A stretch of 46,568 nt of DNA from Gammaproteobacteria bacterium (GCA_038114285.1 JAYNQN010000008.1:651-47218); one strand, 5' to 3'. Positions 17,765 through 29,768 are shown, counted from the first letter of the stretch. Translations and numbers: made by a program. The notes: generated from the sequence alone by a model not told the origin.

Positions 17765-18427
17765 ATGAGTAATGATTTAAAAAAACAGGCTGTCGCAAGA
17801 GCCGCATTGGAATATATAGAATATGATGAGGTTGTAGGTGTAGGAACAGGCTCTACAGTTGATTTTTTAATTGAATATTTAAAACCTCTAAGGAACAAAA
17901 TATCAGGAGCGGTCGCGAGTTCAATTAGTACAAAAGAAAAACTTGAAGCTAATGGTATTAGAGTTTTAGATTTAAATGATGTTTCAGAAATACCAGTCTA
18001 TATAGATGGCGCTGATGAAGTTAATCCAAATTTTCAGTTGATAAAAGGTGGTGGCGGTGCTTTAACAAGAGAAAAAATTATTGCGTCTGCATCGAAAAAA
18101 TTTTTATGCATAGTAGATGAGTCAAAAATAGTGGATGTATTAGGAAAATTTCCATTACCAATAGAAGTACTTCCAATGGCAAGATCATTTGTAGCAAGAG
18201 AAATTTTAAAAAAAGGTGGTATGCCAACCTGGAGAGAAGGTTTAATAACTGACAATGAAAATATTATACTTGACGTAAATCATATGGATATTATTGAGCC
18301 CATAAAAACTGAAAATGAAATTAACAAAATACCAGGAGTTATAACAGTAGGACTATTCGCAGAAAGAGGAGCTGACCAAGTATTAGTTAGTAACGATGAG
18401 GGTGTTATTGAATTAAAAAAAGACTAA
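17765..18427 (+). CDS. rpiA: Ribose-5-phosphate isomerase A
   Basis: GVGTGST, DGADE and IKGGGGALTREKI. Confidence 0.97.
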   Translation: MSNDLKKQAVARAALEYIEYDEVVGVGTGSTVDFLIEYLKPLRNKISGAVASSISTKEKLEANGIRVLDLNDVSEIPVYIDGADEVNPNFQLIKGGGGALTREKIIASASKKFLCIVDESKIVDVLGKFPLPIEVLPMARSFVAREILKKGGMPTWREGLITDNENIILDVNHMDIIEPIKTENEINKIPGVITVGLFAERGADQVLVSNDEGVIELKKD

Positions 18428-19116
18428 TTTTGTATTGGATCAGCTTTGATTTTTTTAAATTCACCAAGTTTTATTTCTTTAATAGAATAGCTTCCGTAGT
18501 TCGTCCTGATAATCCTATTAACAACAAGATTTAAACTTTCAAAAATATTTCTAATTTCTCTATTTTTTCCTTCAGTAAGTTTTACTTCAAACCAGCTATT
18601 TCTTTTTAATTTTTTCTTAAGTTTAATATCATCCACAGTATGTTTTATTCCATTAATTTTAATACCCATTTTAATTTTTTTTATGTGAGACTCGCTAACA
18701 TCACCATATACTTTTACATTATAAATTCTTTTAATTTTACTTTCTGGAAGTTCGTAATATCTTGCGTAATCCCCATTGTTTGTGAAAAGTAATAATCCTT
18801 CAGTATTATAATCAAGTCTTCCAATAGTTATTAAATGTCTTTTATTTTTTGGTAAAAGTTCATAAACGGTATTCCTGTTAAGCTCGTCCTTTTTTGATGT
18901 TATATAACCTCTAGGTTTATTTAATAAATATAATTCAATTTCTTTTTGTTCAACAATTTTTATATCTCCAACATAAACATCATCATTCTTTTTGACTTGA
19001 TAAGAAAAATCAGCGCAAATTTTATTATTAATTATTATTTTATTATTTTTAATAAGTTTTTCTGCATCTCTTCTAGAGCAAAAGCCTGAGTGTGCCACAA
19101 ATTTTGATAATCTCAT
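18424..19116 (-). CDS. rRNA pseudouridine synthase, RsuA/RluB family (S4 domain)
   Basis: RLSKF...SRRDAE, LNKPRG, IGRLDYNTEGLLL and EGKNREIR. Confidence 0.9.
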   Translation of the reverse strand: MRLSKFVAHSGFCSRRDAEKLIKNNKIIINNKICADFSYQVKKNDDVYVGDIKIVEQKEIELYLLNKPRGYITSKKDELNRNTVYELLPKNKRHLITIGRLDYNTEGLLLFTNNGDYARYYELPESKIKRIYNVKVYGDVSESHIKKIKMGIKINGIKHTVDDIKLKKKLKRNSWFEVKLTEGKNREIRNIFESLNLVVNRIIRTNYGSYSIKEIKLGEFKKIKADPIQN

Positions 19117-20159
19117 TATGGTGCTGGGTTAGGGTAGTTAGTATGTATTTCTTCAATTTTATTTATGATTTCATCACTTAGTTTTATATTGATACTTTTA
19201 ATATTTTCTTCTAATTGTAATAAATTTGTAGCACCGATAATGTTACTTGTGACAAAAGGTTGTTGATTCACAAATGCTAGAGCTAATTGTGTAGGACTAA
19301 TATTAAATTCAGTTGCTAGGTTAATATATTCTAATGTTGCTTTTTTAGAATTTTCATTGCTGTATCTAGTAAATCTATTCCATAGAGAAAGCCTTGAGTT
19401 TTTTGGCGGATTATTAATATATTTTCCAGTTAGAACTCCGAATCCTAGTGGGGAGTAGGCGAGTAAACCAATATTTTCTATTCTAGAAATCTCAGCCATA
19501 TTTATTTCGTACAATCTATTTAAAAGACTGTAGGGATTTTGAATAGAAACAATACTAGAAAAAGATTTTTTTTTAGAAATTTCTAAAAACTTCATTATAC
19601 CCCAAGCTGTATCATTAGATAATCCAATTGATCTAATTTTTCCAGAAACTACTAAGTTATTTAATGCATTATAACTTTCATTTATATTGTCTATTATTTC
19701 ATTAATATTATCTCTATTATATTTGTAATTAAGTTGACCAAAATAATTAGTTTGTCTTTGTGGCCAATGTATTTGATATAAGTCTATATAATCAGTATTT
19801 AGTCTTTTTAAATTTCCTATGATTGCTTTTTCAATATTTTTTTTATCAATACCTAGCGGATTTCTAATATAAGAAAAATCAGGCGCAGGACCTGTAACTT
19901 TTGATGCTATTATAATTTTATCTCTGCATTTATTTTTTTTTATCCAAGTCCCAATATATTTTTCAGTTAAGCCTTGTGTTTCTCGTTTGGGTGGAACAGG
20001 ATACATCTCAGCAGTATCTATAAAATTAACTCCATTATCTAAAGCGTAACTAAGTTGATCATGAGCATCATTTTCGCTATTTTGTTCACCAAACGTCATA
20101 GTTCCTAAGCATATTTTGCTTACTTTAATATTTGTATTTCCAAGAGTTGAATAAATCAT
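19116..20159 (-). CDS. tas: NADP(H)-dependent aldo-keto reductase (Tas-like)
   Basis: CLGTMTFGEQN, DTAEMYPVPP, DLYQIHWP and LLAYSPL. Confidence 0.9.
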   Translation of the reverse strand: MIYSTLGNTNIKVSKICLGTMTFGEQNSENDAHDQLSYALDNGVNFIDTAEMYPVPPKRETQGLTEKYIGTWIKKNKCRDKIIIASKVTGPAPDFSYIRNPLGIDKKNIEKAIIGNLKRLNTDYIDLYQIHWPQRQTNYFGQLNYKYNRDNINEIIDNINESYNALNNLVVSGKIRSIGLSNDTAWGIMKFLEISKKKSFSSIVSIQNPYSLLNRLYEINMAEISRIENIGLLAYSPLGFGVLTGKYINNPPKNSRLSLWNRFTRYSNENSKKATLEYINLATEFNISPTQLALAFVNQQPFVTSNIIGATNLLQLEENIKSINIKLSDEIINKIEEIHTNYPNPAP

Positions 20160-20167
20160 TGGCAGAC

Positions 20168-20398
20168 TTAAGGTTTAGTTTTTTTTGTCTCAGATTTTTT
20201 TGAGGTTTTGGCTTTATTATTTTTAAAATCAGTTTCGTACCACCCAGTACCTTTTAATTTAAATCCGGCTGCAGTAACTAATTTTTTTAATTTTTTCTGG
20301 TTGCATTTAGGACATACAGTAAGTTTTTTATCAGAAATTTTTTGAATAATATCAAAATGATGTCCACATGCTTCACATTGATATTCATATATTGGCAT
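20168..20398 (-). CDS. FmdB-family zinc-ribbon protein
   Basis: MPIYEYQCEACGH...CPKC...FKLKGTGWYETDF. Confidence 0.92.
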   Translation of the reverse strand: MPIYEYQCEACGHHFDIIQKISDKKLTVCPKCNQKKLKKLVTAAGFKLKGTGWYETDFKNNKAKTSKKSETKKTKP

Positions 20399-20442
20399 AA
20401 TTTGTTCCTTTAAAAAAAATAATATCAGTTTAAAATTACTCT

Positions 20443-20859
20443 ATGATGACTAATCAAAAATATGCTAGTAAAACATCAATAGCTATAATGCTTGCTGGCT
20501 TAATACCATTTATCTGCGCAATTTACTATTTGCAGAAATATGATTTTGAGTACGGCATAGCAATATTTGTACATTATAGTGCAATTATTTTGTCATTTAT
20601 AGGTGCAATTAATTGGGGTAGAAACTTTTTGGAAAAATCTCCTATGTTGTTTTGCCTCAGCGTAGCGCCATCTATAATTGCCTTTTCTGCTTTTTTCTTT
20701 TCTTTCCCTAATAATCTTTTAGTTCTGGCTATTGGTTATTTTGTGGCTTGGGTAATTGACATTTTTTTATTAGTTAAGAGAAGAGAATTTATAATATATC
20801 TAGTCATGCGTTCTGTGATTACGACAGCCGTAATATATATGCATTTATATTTATTATAA
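20443..20859 (+). CDS. Membrane protein, DUF3429-like
   Basis: AGLIPF, YSAIILSFIGAINWG and SVAPS. Confidence 0.75.
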   Translation: MMTNQKYASKTSIAIMLAGLIPFICAIYYLQKYDFEYGIAIFVHYSAIILSFIGAINWGRNFLEKSPMLFCLSVAPSIIAFSAFFFSFPNNLLVLAIGYFVAWVIDIFLLVKRREFIIYLVMRSVITTAVIYMHLYLL

Positions 20860-20867
20860 AATAGGAA

Positions 20868-21257
20868 TTATCTTTTTGAGAATTGAACGTCTTTTCTAGC
20901 TTTACGTAGTCCAACTTTCTTTCTTTCAACAACTCTTGAGTCTCTTGTGAGGAAACCATTCTTTTTTAAAAGTGGTCTGAGGGTATCATCATATTTTAGA
21001 AGTGCTCTTGCAATACCTAACTTTATTGCTCCTGCTTGCCCGGATGATCCGCCACCTTTTACTGTGATTTTAATATCTGTTTTGTCTGCAGTTTCTGTTA
21101 GATCTAGTGCTTGCTTTACAACCATAATGTTAGTTTTTCTTCCAAAATATTTTTCCAATGGATTAGAATTAACTGTTATTTTACCTGTGCCTTTTGAAAG
21201 GAATACTCTAGCTGTTGATTCTTTTCTTCTTCCTGTTGAGTAAAAAACGTTATCCAT
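20868..21257 (-). CDS. rpsI: 30S ribosomal protein S9
   Basis: [30 protein letters not shown] and QFSKR. Confidence 0.98.
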   Translation of the reverse strand: MDNVFYSTGRRKESTARVFLSKGTGKITVNSNPLEKYFGRKTNIMVVKQALDLTETADKTDIKITVKGGGSSGQAGAIKLGIARALLKYDDTLRPLLKKNGFLTRDSRVVERKKVGLRKARKDVQFSKR

Positions 21258-21259
21258 TT

Positions 21260-21694
21260 TTATAATTCCTTAACTATAGGTTTTTGTGCATGATGATTAT
21301 GTTCAGATCCTTTATAAACATGAAGTTTTTTAATCATAGCGTTTCCCAATCTATTTTTTGGCATCATTCCTTTTACAGCTTTTTCGATTATGCTTTCTGG
21401 TTTTTTTGCTTGAAGTTTTGCGAAGTTAGTTGTCTTTAAATTTCCAATATACCCAGTGTGCTTATAATACATTTTATCTTCGAATTTATTTCCAGTGACT
21501 TTTACTTTTTCAGCATTTACAACTACAACGTGATCACCTGTATCACAGTGTGGTGTATAACAAGGTTTATTTTTTCCACGTAGCATATCTGCAATTTCTG
21601 TTGAAAGGCGCCCAAGTACTTTATCTGTAGCATCTATTACATACCAGTCTCTCTTGACGGTTTCTTTTTTTGCACTAATTGTTGTTTTTGTCAT
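21260..21694 (-). CDS. rplM: 50S ribosomal protein L13
   Basis: [20 protein letters not shown] and AVKGMMPKN. Start is 21694 or 21697, not 21751. Confidence 0.97.
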   Translation of the reverse strand: MTKTTISAKKETVKRDWYVIDATDKVLGRLSTEIADMLRGKNKPCYTPHCDTGDHVVVVNAEKVKVTGNKFEDKMYYKHTGYIGNLKTTNFAKLQAKKPESIIEKAVKGMMPKNRLGNAMIKKLHVYKGSEHNHHAQKPIVKEL

Positions 21695-21722
21695 CATAAT
21701 AATTAACTCAATAAGGGTGAGA

Positions 21723-21751
21723 ATGATACCCAAGAATCGCAATATATACAA
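21723..21751 (-). promoter_or_regulatory. Sigma70 promoter of rplM-rpsI
   Basis: Minus strand TTGTAT-17-TATCAT. Confidence 0.6.
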
Positions 21752-21776
21752 CTTTAAATCGTTATATAGTCAGTAT

Positions 21777-22433
21777 TTATGCTATTTTTTCTATATTATC
21801 CGTAATTTGTGACTGTATTTCTTCAATACTACCTATTCCATTGATTTCAATATAATTTGTTGAAGTTTCACCATTAGATAAACTTTTATAAAATTCAACT
21901 AATGGGTAAGTTTGCTCATGATATATAGCTAATCTTTTTTTAACGGTTTCTTCATTATCATCAGGTCTTTGGATTAAAGGCTCTCCAGTTTGATCATCTA
22001 TATTCTCTCTTTTAGGTGGGTTGTGAGTTATATGATAAGTTCTTCCAGATCCAGGATGCACCCTTCTGCCACTCATTCTTTGAATAATTTCATTGTCATC
22101 TACCATTATCTCAATAACACAGTCTATCGCTATGCCTCTATCTTTGAGAGCACTTGCTTGATCTAGGGTTCTTGGAAACCCATCAAACAAAAAGCCATTA
22201 GTGCAGTCACTTTCGCTAATTCTATCCTTAACTAAATCTAAAATTAAATCATCAGGAACTAACTCACCTTTTTCCATAATATCTTTAGCTTTTAAACCCA
22301 GATCACTCTTACTTGCAACTGAAGCACGAAGCATATCGCCGGTAGAAATCTGTGGAATATTTAAGTGTTTAGAAATAAATTGTGCTTGTGTGCCCTTGCC
22401 AGCACCAGGCGCTCCTAATAATATGATTTTCAT
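21777..22433 (-). CDS. adk: Adenylate kinase
   Basis: [20 protein letters not shown] and FDGFPRT. Confidence 0.98.
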   Translation of the reverse strand: MKIILLGAPGAGKGTQAQFISKHLNIPQISTGDMLRASVASKSDLGLKAKDIMEKGELVPDDLILDLVKDRISESDCTNGFLFDGFPRTLDQASALKDRGIAIDCVIEIMVDDNEIIQRMSGRRVHPGSGRTYHITHNPPKRENIDDQTGEPLIQRPDDNEETVKKRLAIYHEQTYPLVEFYKSLSNGETSTNYIEINGIGSIEEIQSQITDNIEKIA

Positions 22434-22599
22434 TATTGATCCCTTTAATAATTTTTATAACGCAATATAACCTTACATATATTAATTATCAAATAAGAAA
22501 GTTGTATAAACCTATAAAAACATCACATGAGTTTTCTTTTATAGCCATTTTACTATGTTAAAATGTTATAATAATTTAAAAATTAAAGAATAAATTTCA

Positions 22600-23853
22600 A
22601 TGAAAATAATAAGGAAAAATGCTTTTTACGCTCAATCTGGGGGTGTGACTTCTGTTATTAACGCAAGCGCATGTGGTGTTATTGAGTCAGCTAGAAAAAA
22701 TAAACAGTATATTGAGAAATTATATGCAGGAAAAAATGGAATTTTAGGTGCTCTTAATCAAGACCTAATTGATACTTCATTTGAAAGCAAATCTGATATA
22801 TCAAATTTAAAGTATACCCCGGGCGGTATTTTTGGATCTTGTAGATATAAGTTGCAAGATTACAAGGAATGTTCTAAGGATTATGAAAAACTTTTGAAAG
22901 TTTTTATTGCACATAATATAGGATATTTTTTCTATAATGGCGGAGGTGACTCACAAGACACAACTAACAAGATATCTAAATTTTGTTCTGACAAAGGATT
23001 TGACATTAAATGCATTGGAATACCAAAAACAGTTGATAATGATTTGCCATTTACAGATTGCTCCCCAGGTTTTGGCTCAGTCGGAAAATATACTGCAATA
23101 TCAACATTGGAAGCAGGACTTGATGTTAAATCAATGTGCGAGACATCAACAAAAGTTTTTATTTTAGAAGTTATGGGGAGACATGCAGGATGGATAGCTG
23201 CATCATCTGCTTTAGCAAGTCAATCAAGAAACAATCCTCCGCATATTATTCTATTTCCTGAGGTTGTTTTTAATGAAAAACTATTTTTAGCGAAAGTTAA
23301 AGAAACAGTCATAAAGCACGGGTATTGCGTAATAGTAGCTTCTGAAGGTGTTAAGAACAAGAAAGGAAAGTTTCTGGCAGAGAGCGGAATTAAAGATGCT
23401 TTTGGACACTCTCAGTTAGGCGGTGTAGCACCATATCTTTCAGATTTAATAAAAAATAAAAAAGGATATAAATGCCATTGGGCTGTCGCTGATTATTTAC
23501 AAAGGTCATCTAGACATATTGCATCTAAAATTGATGTTGACCAAGCTTATGCCCTAGGTAAGTATGCTGTAGAACTTGCGATAAACGGAAAAAATGGAGT
23601 TATGACTAGCATAAAGAGAGTTTCTGATCATCCATACAAATGGAAACTAACAAATGTTCCTTTGCACAAAGTTGCAAATGTAGAAAAGAAGATGCCTAGA
23701 AATTATTTATCAAAAGATGGTTATCATATTTCAAGTTCTTGCAGGAAGTACATGAGTCCTCTAATTGCAGGGGAAGATTTTCCTAAATATCATAATGGCA
23801 TACCTGTTTACACCTCTTTTAAAAACAAAAAAGTTAGAAAAATTAAATTATAA
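22600..23853 (+). CDS. pfp: 6-phosphofructokinase, probably PPi-dependent
   Basis: AQSGG, NGGGDS (Asp at the PPi-specificity position), PKTVDND and EVMGRHAGW. Confidence 0.85.
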   Translation: MKIIRKNAFYAQSGGVTSVINASACGVIESARKNKQYIEKLYAGKNGILGALNQDLIDTSFESKSDISNLKYTPGGIFGSCRYKLQDYKECSKDYEKLLKVFIAHNIGYFFYNGGGDSQDTTNKISKFCSDKGFDIKCIGIPKTVDNDLPFTDCSPGFGSVGKYTAISTLEAGLDVKSMCETSTKVFILEVMGRHAGWIAASSALASQSRNNPPHIILFPEVVFNEKLFLAKVKETVIKHGYCVIVASEGVKNKKGKFLAESGIKDAFGHSQLGGVAPYLSDLIKNKKGYKCHWAVADYLQRSSRHIASKIDVDQAYALGKYAVELAINGKNGVMTSIKRVSDHPYKWKLTNVPLHKVANVEKKMPRNYLSKDGYHISSSCRKYMSPLIAGEDFPKYHNGIPVYTSFKNKKVRKIKL

Positions 23854-23858
23854 TAAAG

Positions 23859-24581
23859 ATGAAAGATCTTAAAAAAGATAATTTATACAAAGAGCCACAT
23901 GAAAAGAACCACAAATTTTCATTTAATTCTAGTGTGGCTGATGTTTTTGAAGATATGGTAAGTAGATCAGTACCGGGATATGATTTTTTGGTTGAAAATA
24001 TAGGTGTGTTGTCAAAAAAATTTTATCAAGATAATACAAAAATTTATGATTTAGGATCATCTTTGTGCGCGTGCTCAATATCAGTATTAAAAAAAATAAA
24101 AAATAAAAATATTGAAATATGTGCTGTTGATTCTTCCAAAGCAATGATAGATATTTGTAAAAAAAGAATTAATTCTAGCGAAATTAAATTTTTTAACTCA
24201 GATATATTAGATATAGAAATTGATAATGCGTCAGTTATTATTTTAAATTTAACATTACAATTTATTCCTATAAATAACAGGACTGATTTATTAAAGAAGC
24301 TATTCTTACAATTAAACAAAAATGGTGTAATCATAGTTACTGAAAAAATAAAACTCGATAAAAAATCAGATGATATTTTTTTTGTAAACTTTCATGAATT
24401 TTTTAAAGAGAATAATGGTTATACTAAAGAAGAGATAGACAGAAAAAATATTGCACTATCAAAGACAATGCAGATTGAAAGCGAAAAAATACATGAAGAT
24501 AGATTTAGGAGTATAGGTTGTAATAATTTTTATAGATGGTTTCAATGCTATAATTTTGTATCGTGGGTATTAATAAAATAA
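23859..24581 (+). CDS. cmoA: Carboxy-S-adenosyl-L-methionine synthase
   Basis: FSFNSSVADVFEDMVSRSVPGY, YDLG, LNLTLQF and WFQCYNF. Confidence 0.92.
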   Translation: MKDLKKDNLYKEPHEKNHKFSFNSSVADVFEDMVSRSVPGYDFLVENIGVLSKKFYQDNTKIYDLGSSLCACSISVLKKIKNKNIEICAVDSSKAMIDICKKRINSSEIKFFNSDILDIEIDNASVIILNLTLQFIPINNRTDLLKKLFLQLNKNGVIIVTEKIKLDKKSDDIFFVNFHEFFKENNGYTKEEIDRKNIALSKTMQIESEKIHEDRFRSIGCNNFYRWFQCYNFVSWVLIK

Positions 24582-25552
24582 ATATATTATCTTACATGCA
24601 AGATAATGGTTTCTATGATATGGAAACCTTTAAAAATCATAGTGATTTATTCAAAATATATATTGAAAATAAAAATTTTGTAAATCATGGTGATAGTGAA
24701 AAGTGGTTTGAGATTATAAAAAATTTGCCTAACTTACATACTGATTATCTTGAAGTCTCTGACTCGCAAATAGTAATTGGTGATCCTAGAGAAATAAATG
24801 TCGAAATAAAAAAATCCCTAGAAATACATATGATGCAATTAAGCCCATGGAGAAAGGGCCCTTTCAATCTTTTTGGAGTTGAGATTGACTCAGAGTGGCG
24901 ATCGGATAAAAAATGGAAAAGAATTAAAGATTATTTGCCTAGTAATAGAAGTATGAGAATTGGTGATATTGGCTGCAGTAATGGATATTATTCATATAAA
25001 TTATTAAATTTAAATCCTGAATTAATTGTGGGAATGGATAAAACTGCTTTATTCATTTGGCAATTTATTGCATTAAAAAATTATGCTAAGAAAATTCAGA
25101 ATTTAATAATATTGCCCTGCTCAGCTGAGGAATTCTCACAAAAAAAATTAGATTTTGAATTTTTACTATCCATGGGTGTTTTATATCATGTAAAAAATCC
25201 TAAAGACCATATAAAAATTCTTAAAAATTTACTTAAAAAAAATGGTTTTTTATTAATTGAGACATTAACTTCTTTAGATAAAAATGATATATCTATTCAA
25301 AAGGGTAAAAAGTATGCTGGAATGAAAAATGTAAATAAAATTTTTACAAAGAATAACTTAATAAACATATTAAATTCTAGCGGTTTTAAAAATATAGAGT
25401 GTGTTGATGAAAGTATTACTGATTCTGAGGAGCAGAGAACAACCAAATGGATGAAAGGAAAAAGCTTGAAAGATTTTATGTGTATAAATGGTAATACTAT
25501 AGAGGGTTACCCGCCGTTATGTAGATCTATATTTATAGCTCAAAAAAAATGA
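24563..25552 (+). CDS. cmoB: tRNA U34 carboxymethyltransferase
   Basis: PWRKGPF, IDSEWRSDKKW, DIGCSNGY, SMGVLYH and TIEGYP. Start uncertain (24563 or 24596). Confidence 0.92.
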   Translation: MGINKINILSYMQDNGFYDMETFKNHSDLFKIYIENKNFVNHGDSEKWFEIIKNLPNLHTDYLEVSDSQIVIGDPREINVEIKKSLEIHMMQLSPWRKGPFNLFGVEIDSEWRSDKKWKRIKDYLPSNRSMRIGDIGCSNGYYSYKLLNLNPELIVGMDKTALFIWQFIALKNYAKKIQNLIILPCSAEEFSQKKLDFEFLLSMGVLYHVKNPKDHIKILKNLLKKNGFLLIETLTSLDKNDISIQKGKKYAGMKNVNKIFTKNNLINILNSSGFKNIECVDESITDSEEQRTTKWMKGKSLKDFMCINGNTIEGYPPLCRSIFIAQKK

Positions 25553-25594
25553 TTATGATATTATTTACTCACATTTATTTATATTATTAAAACT

Positions 25595-26761
25595 ATGAGA
25601 GAAAAACTATTCACTTCAGAATCTGTTTCAGAAGGTCATCCAGATAAATTGTGCGATCAAGTTTCAGATGCAATTTTAGATGCAGCATTATCTCAAGATA
25701 TTAAAGCACGAGTTGCATGTGAAACAATGGTTAAATCTGAGGAAGACTCTTTAGGAGTTGTTATCTTAGCTGGGGAAATAACTACTTCAGCAAATATAAA
25801 TTATGACGAAATTGTAAGAAAAACGATCGAAGAGATTGGATATGATTCTATAGATTTAGGATTTGATTTCAAGACAGTAGAGTTCATTAATAAAATTGGT
25901 TTGCAATCAAGAGATATTGCTCAGGGAGTTGATAAAGAGAGTGATGAAGAGCAAGGCGCAGGAGATCAAGGTTTAATGTTTGGTTACGCTAATAATGAAA
26001 CGGACGTTTTAATGCCAGCTCCAATAACTTACTCACATAGATTAGTTCGTGAACTGGCTAAGTTAAGAAAAAATAATGATGTTAATTGGTTGAGACCAGA
26101 TGCGAAAAGTCAAATTACATTTAGATATGATTCTGGGAAAGTACACTCTGTAGATACTATCGTTATTTCAACACAACATTCTCCAGATGTTAGTCAAAAA
26201 GAAATTAAAGAATATGTATATGAAAAAGTAATCAAGAATATCTTACCAGAAAAATATATGAATCAAGATACAACAATTCATATTAATCCAACAGGAGCAT
26301 TTGAAATCGGCGGGCCAGTTGGAGATTGTGGTTTAACAGGGCGCAAAATAATTGTTGATACTTATGGCGGTATGGCAAGGCATGGCGGTGGAGCATTCTC
26401 TGGTAAAGATCCATCAAAAGTTGACAGATCGGCGGCATATGCTGCGAGGTATGTTGCTAAAAATATAGTTGCGTCTGGGTTAGCAGATAAATGTGAAATT
26501 CAAGTATCGTATGCCATAGGAGTTGCAAAACCTACTTCAATTAGTATTGATACCTTTGGAACATCTAAAATTGACGAATCAAAAATTGTACATATCATTA
26601 ATGAAGTATTTGACTTGCGTCCTTGGGGTATAACCAATATGCTTAATTTATTAAGACCAATATACAAAGACACTGCTTCGTATGGTCATTTTGGTAGGAA
26701 CGATTTAAATTTATCATGGGAAAAGACCGATCAAGTTGAAAAAATTAAAAGTTTAGTGTGA
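25595..26761 (+). CDS. metK: S-adenosylmethionine synthetase
   Basis: [19 protein letters not shown] and [16 protein letters not shown]. Confidence 0.98.
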   Translation: MREKLFTSESVSEGHPDKLCDQVSDAILDAALSQDIKARVACETMVKSEEDSLGVVILAGEITTSANINYDEIVRKTIEEIGYDSIDLGFDFKTVEFINKIGLQSRDIAQGVDKESDEEQGAGDQGLMFGYANNETDVLMPAPITYSHRLVRELAKLRKNNDVNWLRPDAKSQITFRYDSGKVHSVDTIVISTQHSPDVSQKEIKEYVYEKVIKNILPEKYMNQDTTIHINPTGAFEIGGPVGDCGLTGRKIIVDTYGGMARHGGGAFSGKDPSKVDRSAAYAARYVAKNIVASGLADKCEIQVSYAIGVAKPTSISIDTFGTSKIDESKIVHIINEVFDLRPWGITNMLNLLRPIYKDTASYGHFGRNDLNLSWEKTDQVEKIKSLV

Positions 26762-26773
26762 TGGAGTTTTATT

Positions 26774-28090
26774 ATGAGTAAAGTATTAGAAAAAATTGGG
26801 CCAGATTACAAAGTGGCAGATATGTCAAATGAAGTAATTGCCTGGGGCCATAAAGAAATGAGAATAGCAGAGACTGAAATGCCTGGTTTAATGGCTCTTA
26901 AAGAAAAATATGGAAATGAAAAACCACTTAAAGGAGCAAATATAGTCGGTTGTCTTCATATGACAATTCAAACTGCTGTTCTTATTGATACTTTAGTGGC
27001 ATTAGGCGCAAGCGTAAGATGGTCATCCTGCAATATTTACTCTACTCAAGATCATGCAGCAGCAGCTATCGCTGATAAAGGAATACCAGTATTTGCTTGG
27101 AAAGGTGAAACAGAAGAAGAGTATTTATGGTGCATTGATCAAACAATAATGGGAGACCCTGCATGGAAGCCAAATATGATTCTTGATGATGGTGGTGATT
27201 TAACAAACATAATGCACGAAAAATATCCTCACATGCTTAATGATATAAAAGGTCTTTCAGAAGAGACAACAACTGGAGTTCACCGTTTATACGAAATGGT
27301 AAAAAAGGATGAACTTAAAGTTCCAGCATTTAATGTAAATGACTCTGTCACAAAATCTAAATTTGATAATTTGTATGGTTGTAGGGAATCTTTAGTTGAT
27401 GGTATCAAAAGAGCTACAGATGTAATGATTTCAGGAAAGACAGCCTTAGTTTGTGGATTTGGAGACGTAGGTAAAGGATCAGCACAATCCTTAAGAAATG
27501 CAGGAGCAATAGTTTGGGTAACAGAAGTAGATCCAATATGTGCATTACAAGCTGCTATGGAAGGATTCAAGGTTGTTACTATTGAATCAGTAGCATCAGA
27601 AGTTGATATATTTGTTACAGCTACAGGAAACGCTTCAGTTATAAACTATGATCATATGGAGAGCATGAAAGATCAGGCAATTGTTTGTAATATTGGTCAT
27701 TTTGATAATGAAATTGATGTTGATTCTATAAAAAAATTGCAATGGGACAATATCAAACCACAAGTTGATCATATTGAGTTTCCAGATGGAAAAAAAATTA
27801 TTTTGCTCGCAGAAGGAAGATTAATCAATCTAGGTTGTGCAACTGGGCATCCAAGTTATGTAATGTCTGCATCTTTCACTAACCAAGTATTAGCCCAAAT
27901 AGAACTATGGAAAAACTCTCATAATTATAAAAATGAAGTTTACGTTTTACCTAAAATTTTAGATGAAGAAGTAGCAAGATTACATTTAGATAAAGTAGGG
28001 GCAAAATTAACAAAATTAACAAGTGAGCAAGCAGAATATATTAGTGTTGATAAAAAAGGACCATTTAAAAATGATACATATAGATATTAG
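26774..28090 (+). CDS. ahcY: Adenosylhomocysteinase
   Basis: [26 protein letters not shown] and [13 protein letters not shown]. Confidence 0.98.
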   Translation: MSKVLEKIGPDYKVADMSNEVIAWGHKEMRIAETEMPGLMALKEKYGNEKPLKGANIVGCLHMTIQTAVLIDTLVALGASVRWSSCNIYSTQDHAAAAIADKGIPVFAWKGETEEEYLWCIDQTIMGDPAWKPNMILDDGGDLTNIMHEKYPHMLNDIKGLSEETTTGVHRLYEMVKKDELKVPAFNVNDSVTKSKFDNLYGCRESLVDGIKRATDVMISGKTALVCGFGDVGKGSAQSLRNAGAIVWVTEVDPICALQAAMEGFKVVTIESVASEVDIFVTATGNASVINYDHMESMKDQAIVCNIGHFDNEIDVDSIKKLQWDNIKPQVDHIEFPDGKKIILLAEGRLINLGCATGHPSYVMSASFTNQVLAQIELWKNSHNYKNEVYVLPKILDEEVARLHLDKVGAKLTKLTSEQAEYISVDKKGPFKNDTYRY

Positions 28091-28095
28091 ATAAA

Positions 28096-28830
28096 GTGCG
28101 TCTTATAAGATTATATATTGATCAAGATCTTGATATAAAAAAAATATTTTTTTTAGATAAAAATTCACATCACTATCTATCTAACGTACTTCGTGTAAAA
28201 AAAAATCAAAAAATTATCTTATTCAATAATACTGGCAATGAATATCATGGTTATGTTAAAGATTTTAATAATAAAAATTTTGAGATATATATCGAGCAAA
28301 AAATTTTTAAAGAAAAGAATAAAAATAAAGTAGAAATTGCTTTTAGTATTTGCAAGAATCCATGTTCTGATTTAATTGTACAGAAATTAACAGAGCTTGG
28401 CGTTGATTCGATTCAGCCAGTTCTTTCAAAAAATTCAATTTTTAATCAAAAAAAAATTGATTTTGATAAAAAATTAAAACACTGGGAAAGCATATCTATA
28501 AGCTCAAGTGAACAGTCAGAAAGGCTTTATTTGCCAAACATAAAAAGTATTATTTCTTTTCAAGATTATGTTGAAAAATGTAATTACGAATCTAAAATAA
28601 TTTTAGATACAAGATCAGATGAAATGTTATCAAGCGTTTATACAAATAATTTAACCTCATGCTCTCTTTTAGTCGGTCCAGAAGGAGATTTTACAGATCA
28701 AGAATATAAGTACGCATATGAAAGAAATTTTTCATCAGCAAGCTTAGGTGATAATATTTTGAGAGTTGAAACAGCTGTAATAGCAGCTTTCTCATATATT
28801 AAATTAAAAGGCAATAATATAACATCATGA
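28096..28830 (+). CDS. rsmE: 16S rRNA m3U1498 methyltransferase
   Basis: HYLSNVLR, QKLTELGV, VGPEGDF and LGDNILRVETA. Confidence 0.93.
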   Translation: MRLIRLYIDQDLDIKKIFFLDKNSHHYLSNVLRVKKNQKIILFNNTGNEYHGYVKDFNNKNFEIYIEQKIFKEKNKNKVEIAFSICKNPCSDLIVQKLTELGVDSIQPVLSKNSIFNQKKIDFDKKLKHWESISISSSEQSERLYLPNIKSIISFQDYVEKCNYESKIILDTRSDEMLSSVYTNNLTSCSLLVGPEGDFTDQEYKYAYERNFSSASLGDNILRVETAVIAAFSYIKLKGNNITS

Positions 28831-29768
28831 GTAATAAAAAAGTTTTAGTAATAATGGATCCAATAGAGTCAATAGATATTTCTAAAGACACAACATATCA
28901 ATTAATGTGTTCAGCGCAAGATGTAGGACATGATGTATATTATTTATTACCTAATACTTTGTCGGTTAATTCGTTCGGATCATTTGGCAGTATTGGAAAA
29001 CTCAAAATAAAAAAAGAAAAAAAACAATTTTATAAGATAGTTGATACAAAAATTGAGCAGTTATCAAATTTTGATTATATTTTAATGAGAAAAGACCCAC
29101 CTGTAGATATAAATTATATATACCAAACTTACTTGTTAGATTTAGTTAATAGTAAGCAAACAAAAATTATTAATCCAGGTTCATCCTTAAGAAATTTTAA
29201 TGAAAAATTAATTACTTTGAATTTCCCAAGTCATATCCCAGATACGATAGTTACAAGTAATAAAGAACAAGTAGAGAATTTTAAGAAAAAACATAAAAAA
29301 ATAATTTTGAAACCATTGAACTTGATGGGTGGAAGATCTATATATATGTTAGAAGAAAATGATAAAAATTTGAATGTTATTTTTGAAGACATGACTAACA
29401 TGGGTAGAGACCCTATTATAGTTCAGCAATATCTAGAAGAAGCAAAAGATGGGGATAAAAGAATAATTATAATAAACGGAGAAGTAATAAGAGAGTCAGT
29501 AATAAGGATTCCTAATAAAAACGATCATAGATCAAATCTTGCTTCTGGAGGGTCAATAGAGAAATATCTTTTAGATAAAGATGAATTTAAAATTTGCGAA
29601 AAAGTTGCAACATTTTTAAAAAAAGAAAATATTCAATTTGCAGGTTTAGATATGATAGGTAACAAGATTACTGAAATTAATATAACATCACCAACTTGTG
29701 TAGCAGAAATAAATAAATTTCATAATATTAATTTAGGAAAATATTTTTGGAAAAAGTTGAATGACTGA
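28827..29768 (+). CDS. gshB: Glutathione synthetase
   Basis: IMDPI, LMRKDPP, NEKL, GDKRI, RSNLASGG and EINITSPT. Confidence 0.95.
   Translation: MSNKKVLVIMDPIESIDISKDTTYQLMCSAQDVGHDVYYLLPNTLSVNSFGSFGSIGKLKIKKEKKQFYKIVDTKIEQLSNFDYILMRKDPPVDINYIYQTYLLDLVNSKQTKIINPGSSLRNFNEKLITLNFPSHIPDTIVTSNKEQVENFKKKHKKIILKPLNLMGGRSIYMLEENDKNLNVIFEDMTNMGRDPIIVQQYLEEAKDGDKRIIIINGEVIRESVIRIPNKNDHRSNLASGGSIEKYLLDKDEFKICEKVATFLKKENIQFAGLDMIGNKITEINITSPTCVAEINKFHNINLGKYFWKKLND

Noticed and set aside
22512-22544. CTATAAAA/TTTTATAG inverted repeat between adk and pfp
   Set aside because: Almost all A/T and likely to arise by chance at this base composition.
25553-26773. SAM or SAH riboswitch before metK or ahcY
   Set aside because: The spacers are 42 and 12 nt and show no aptamer motifs.
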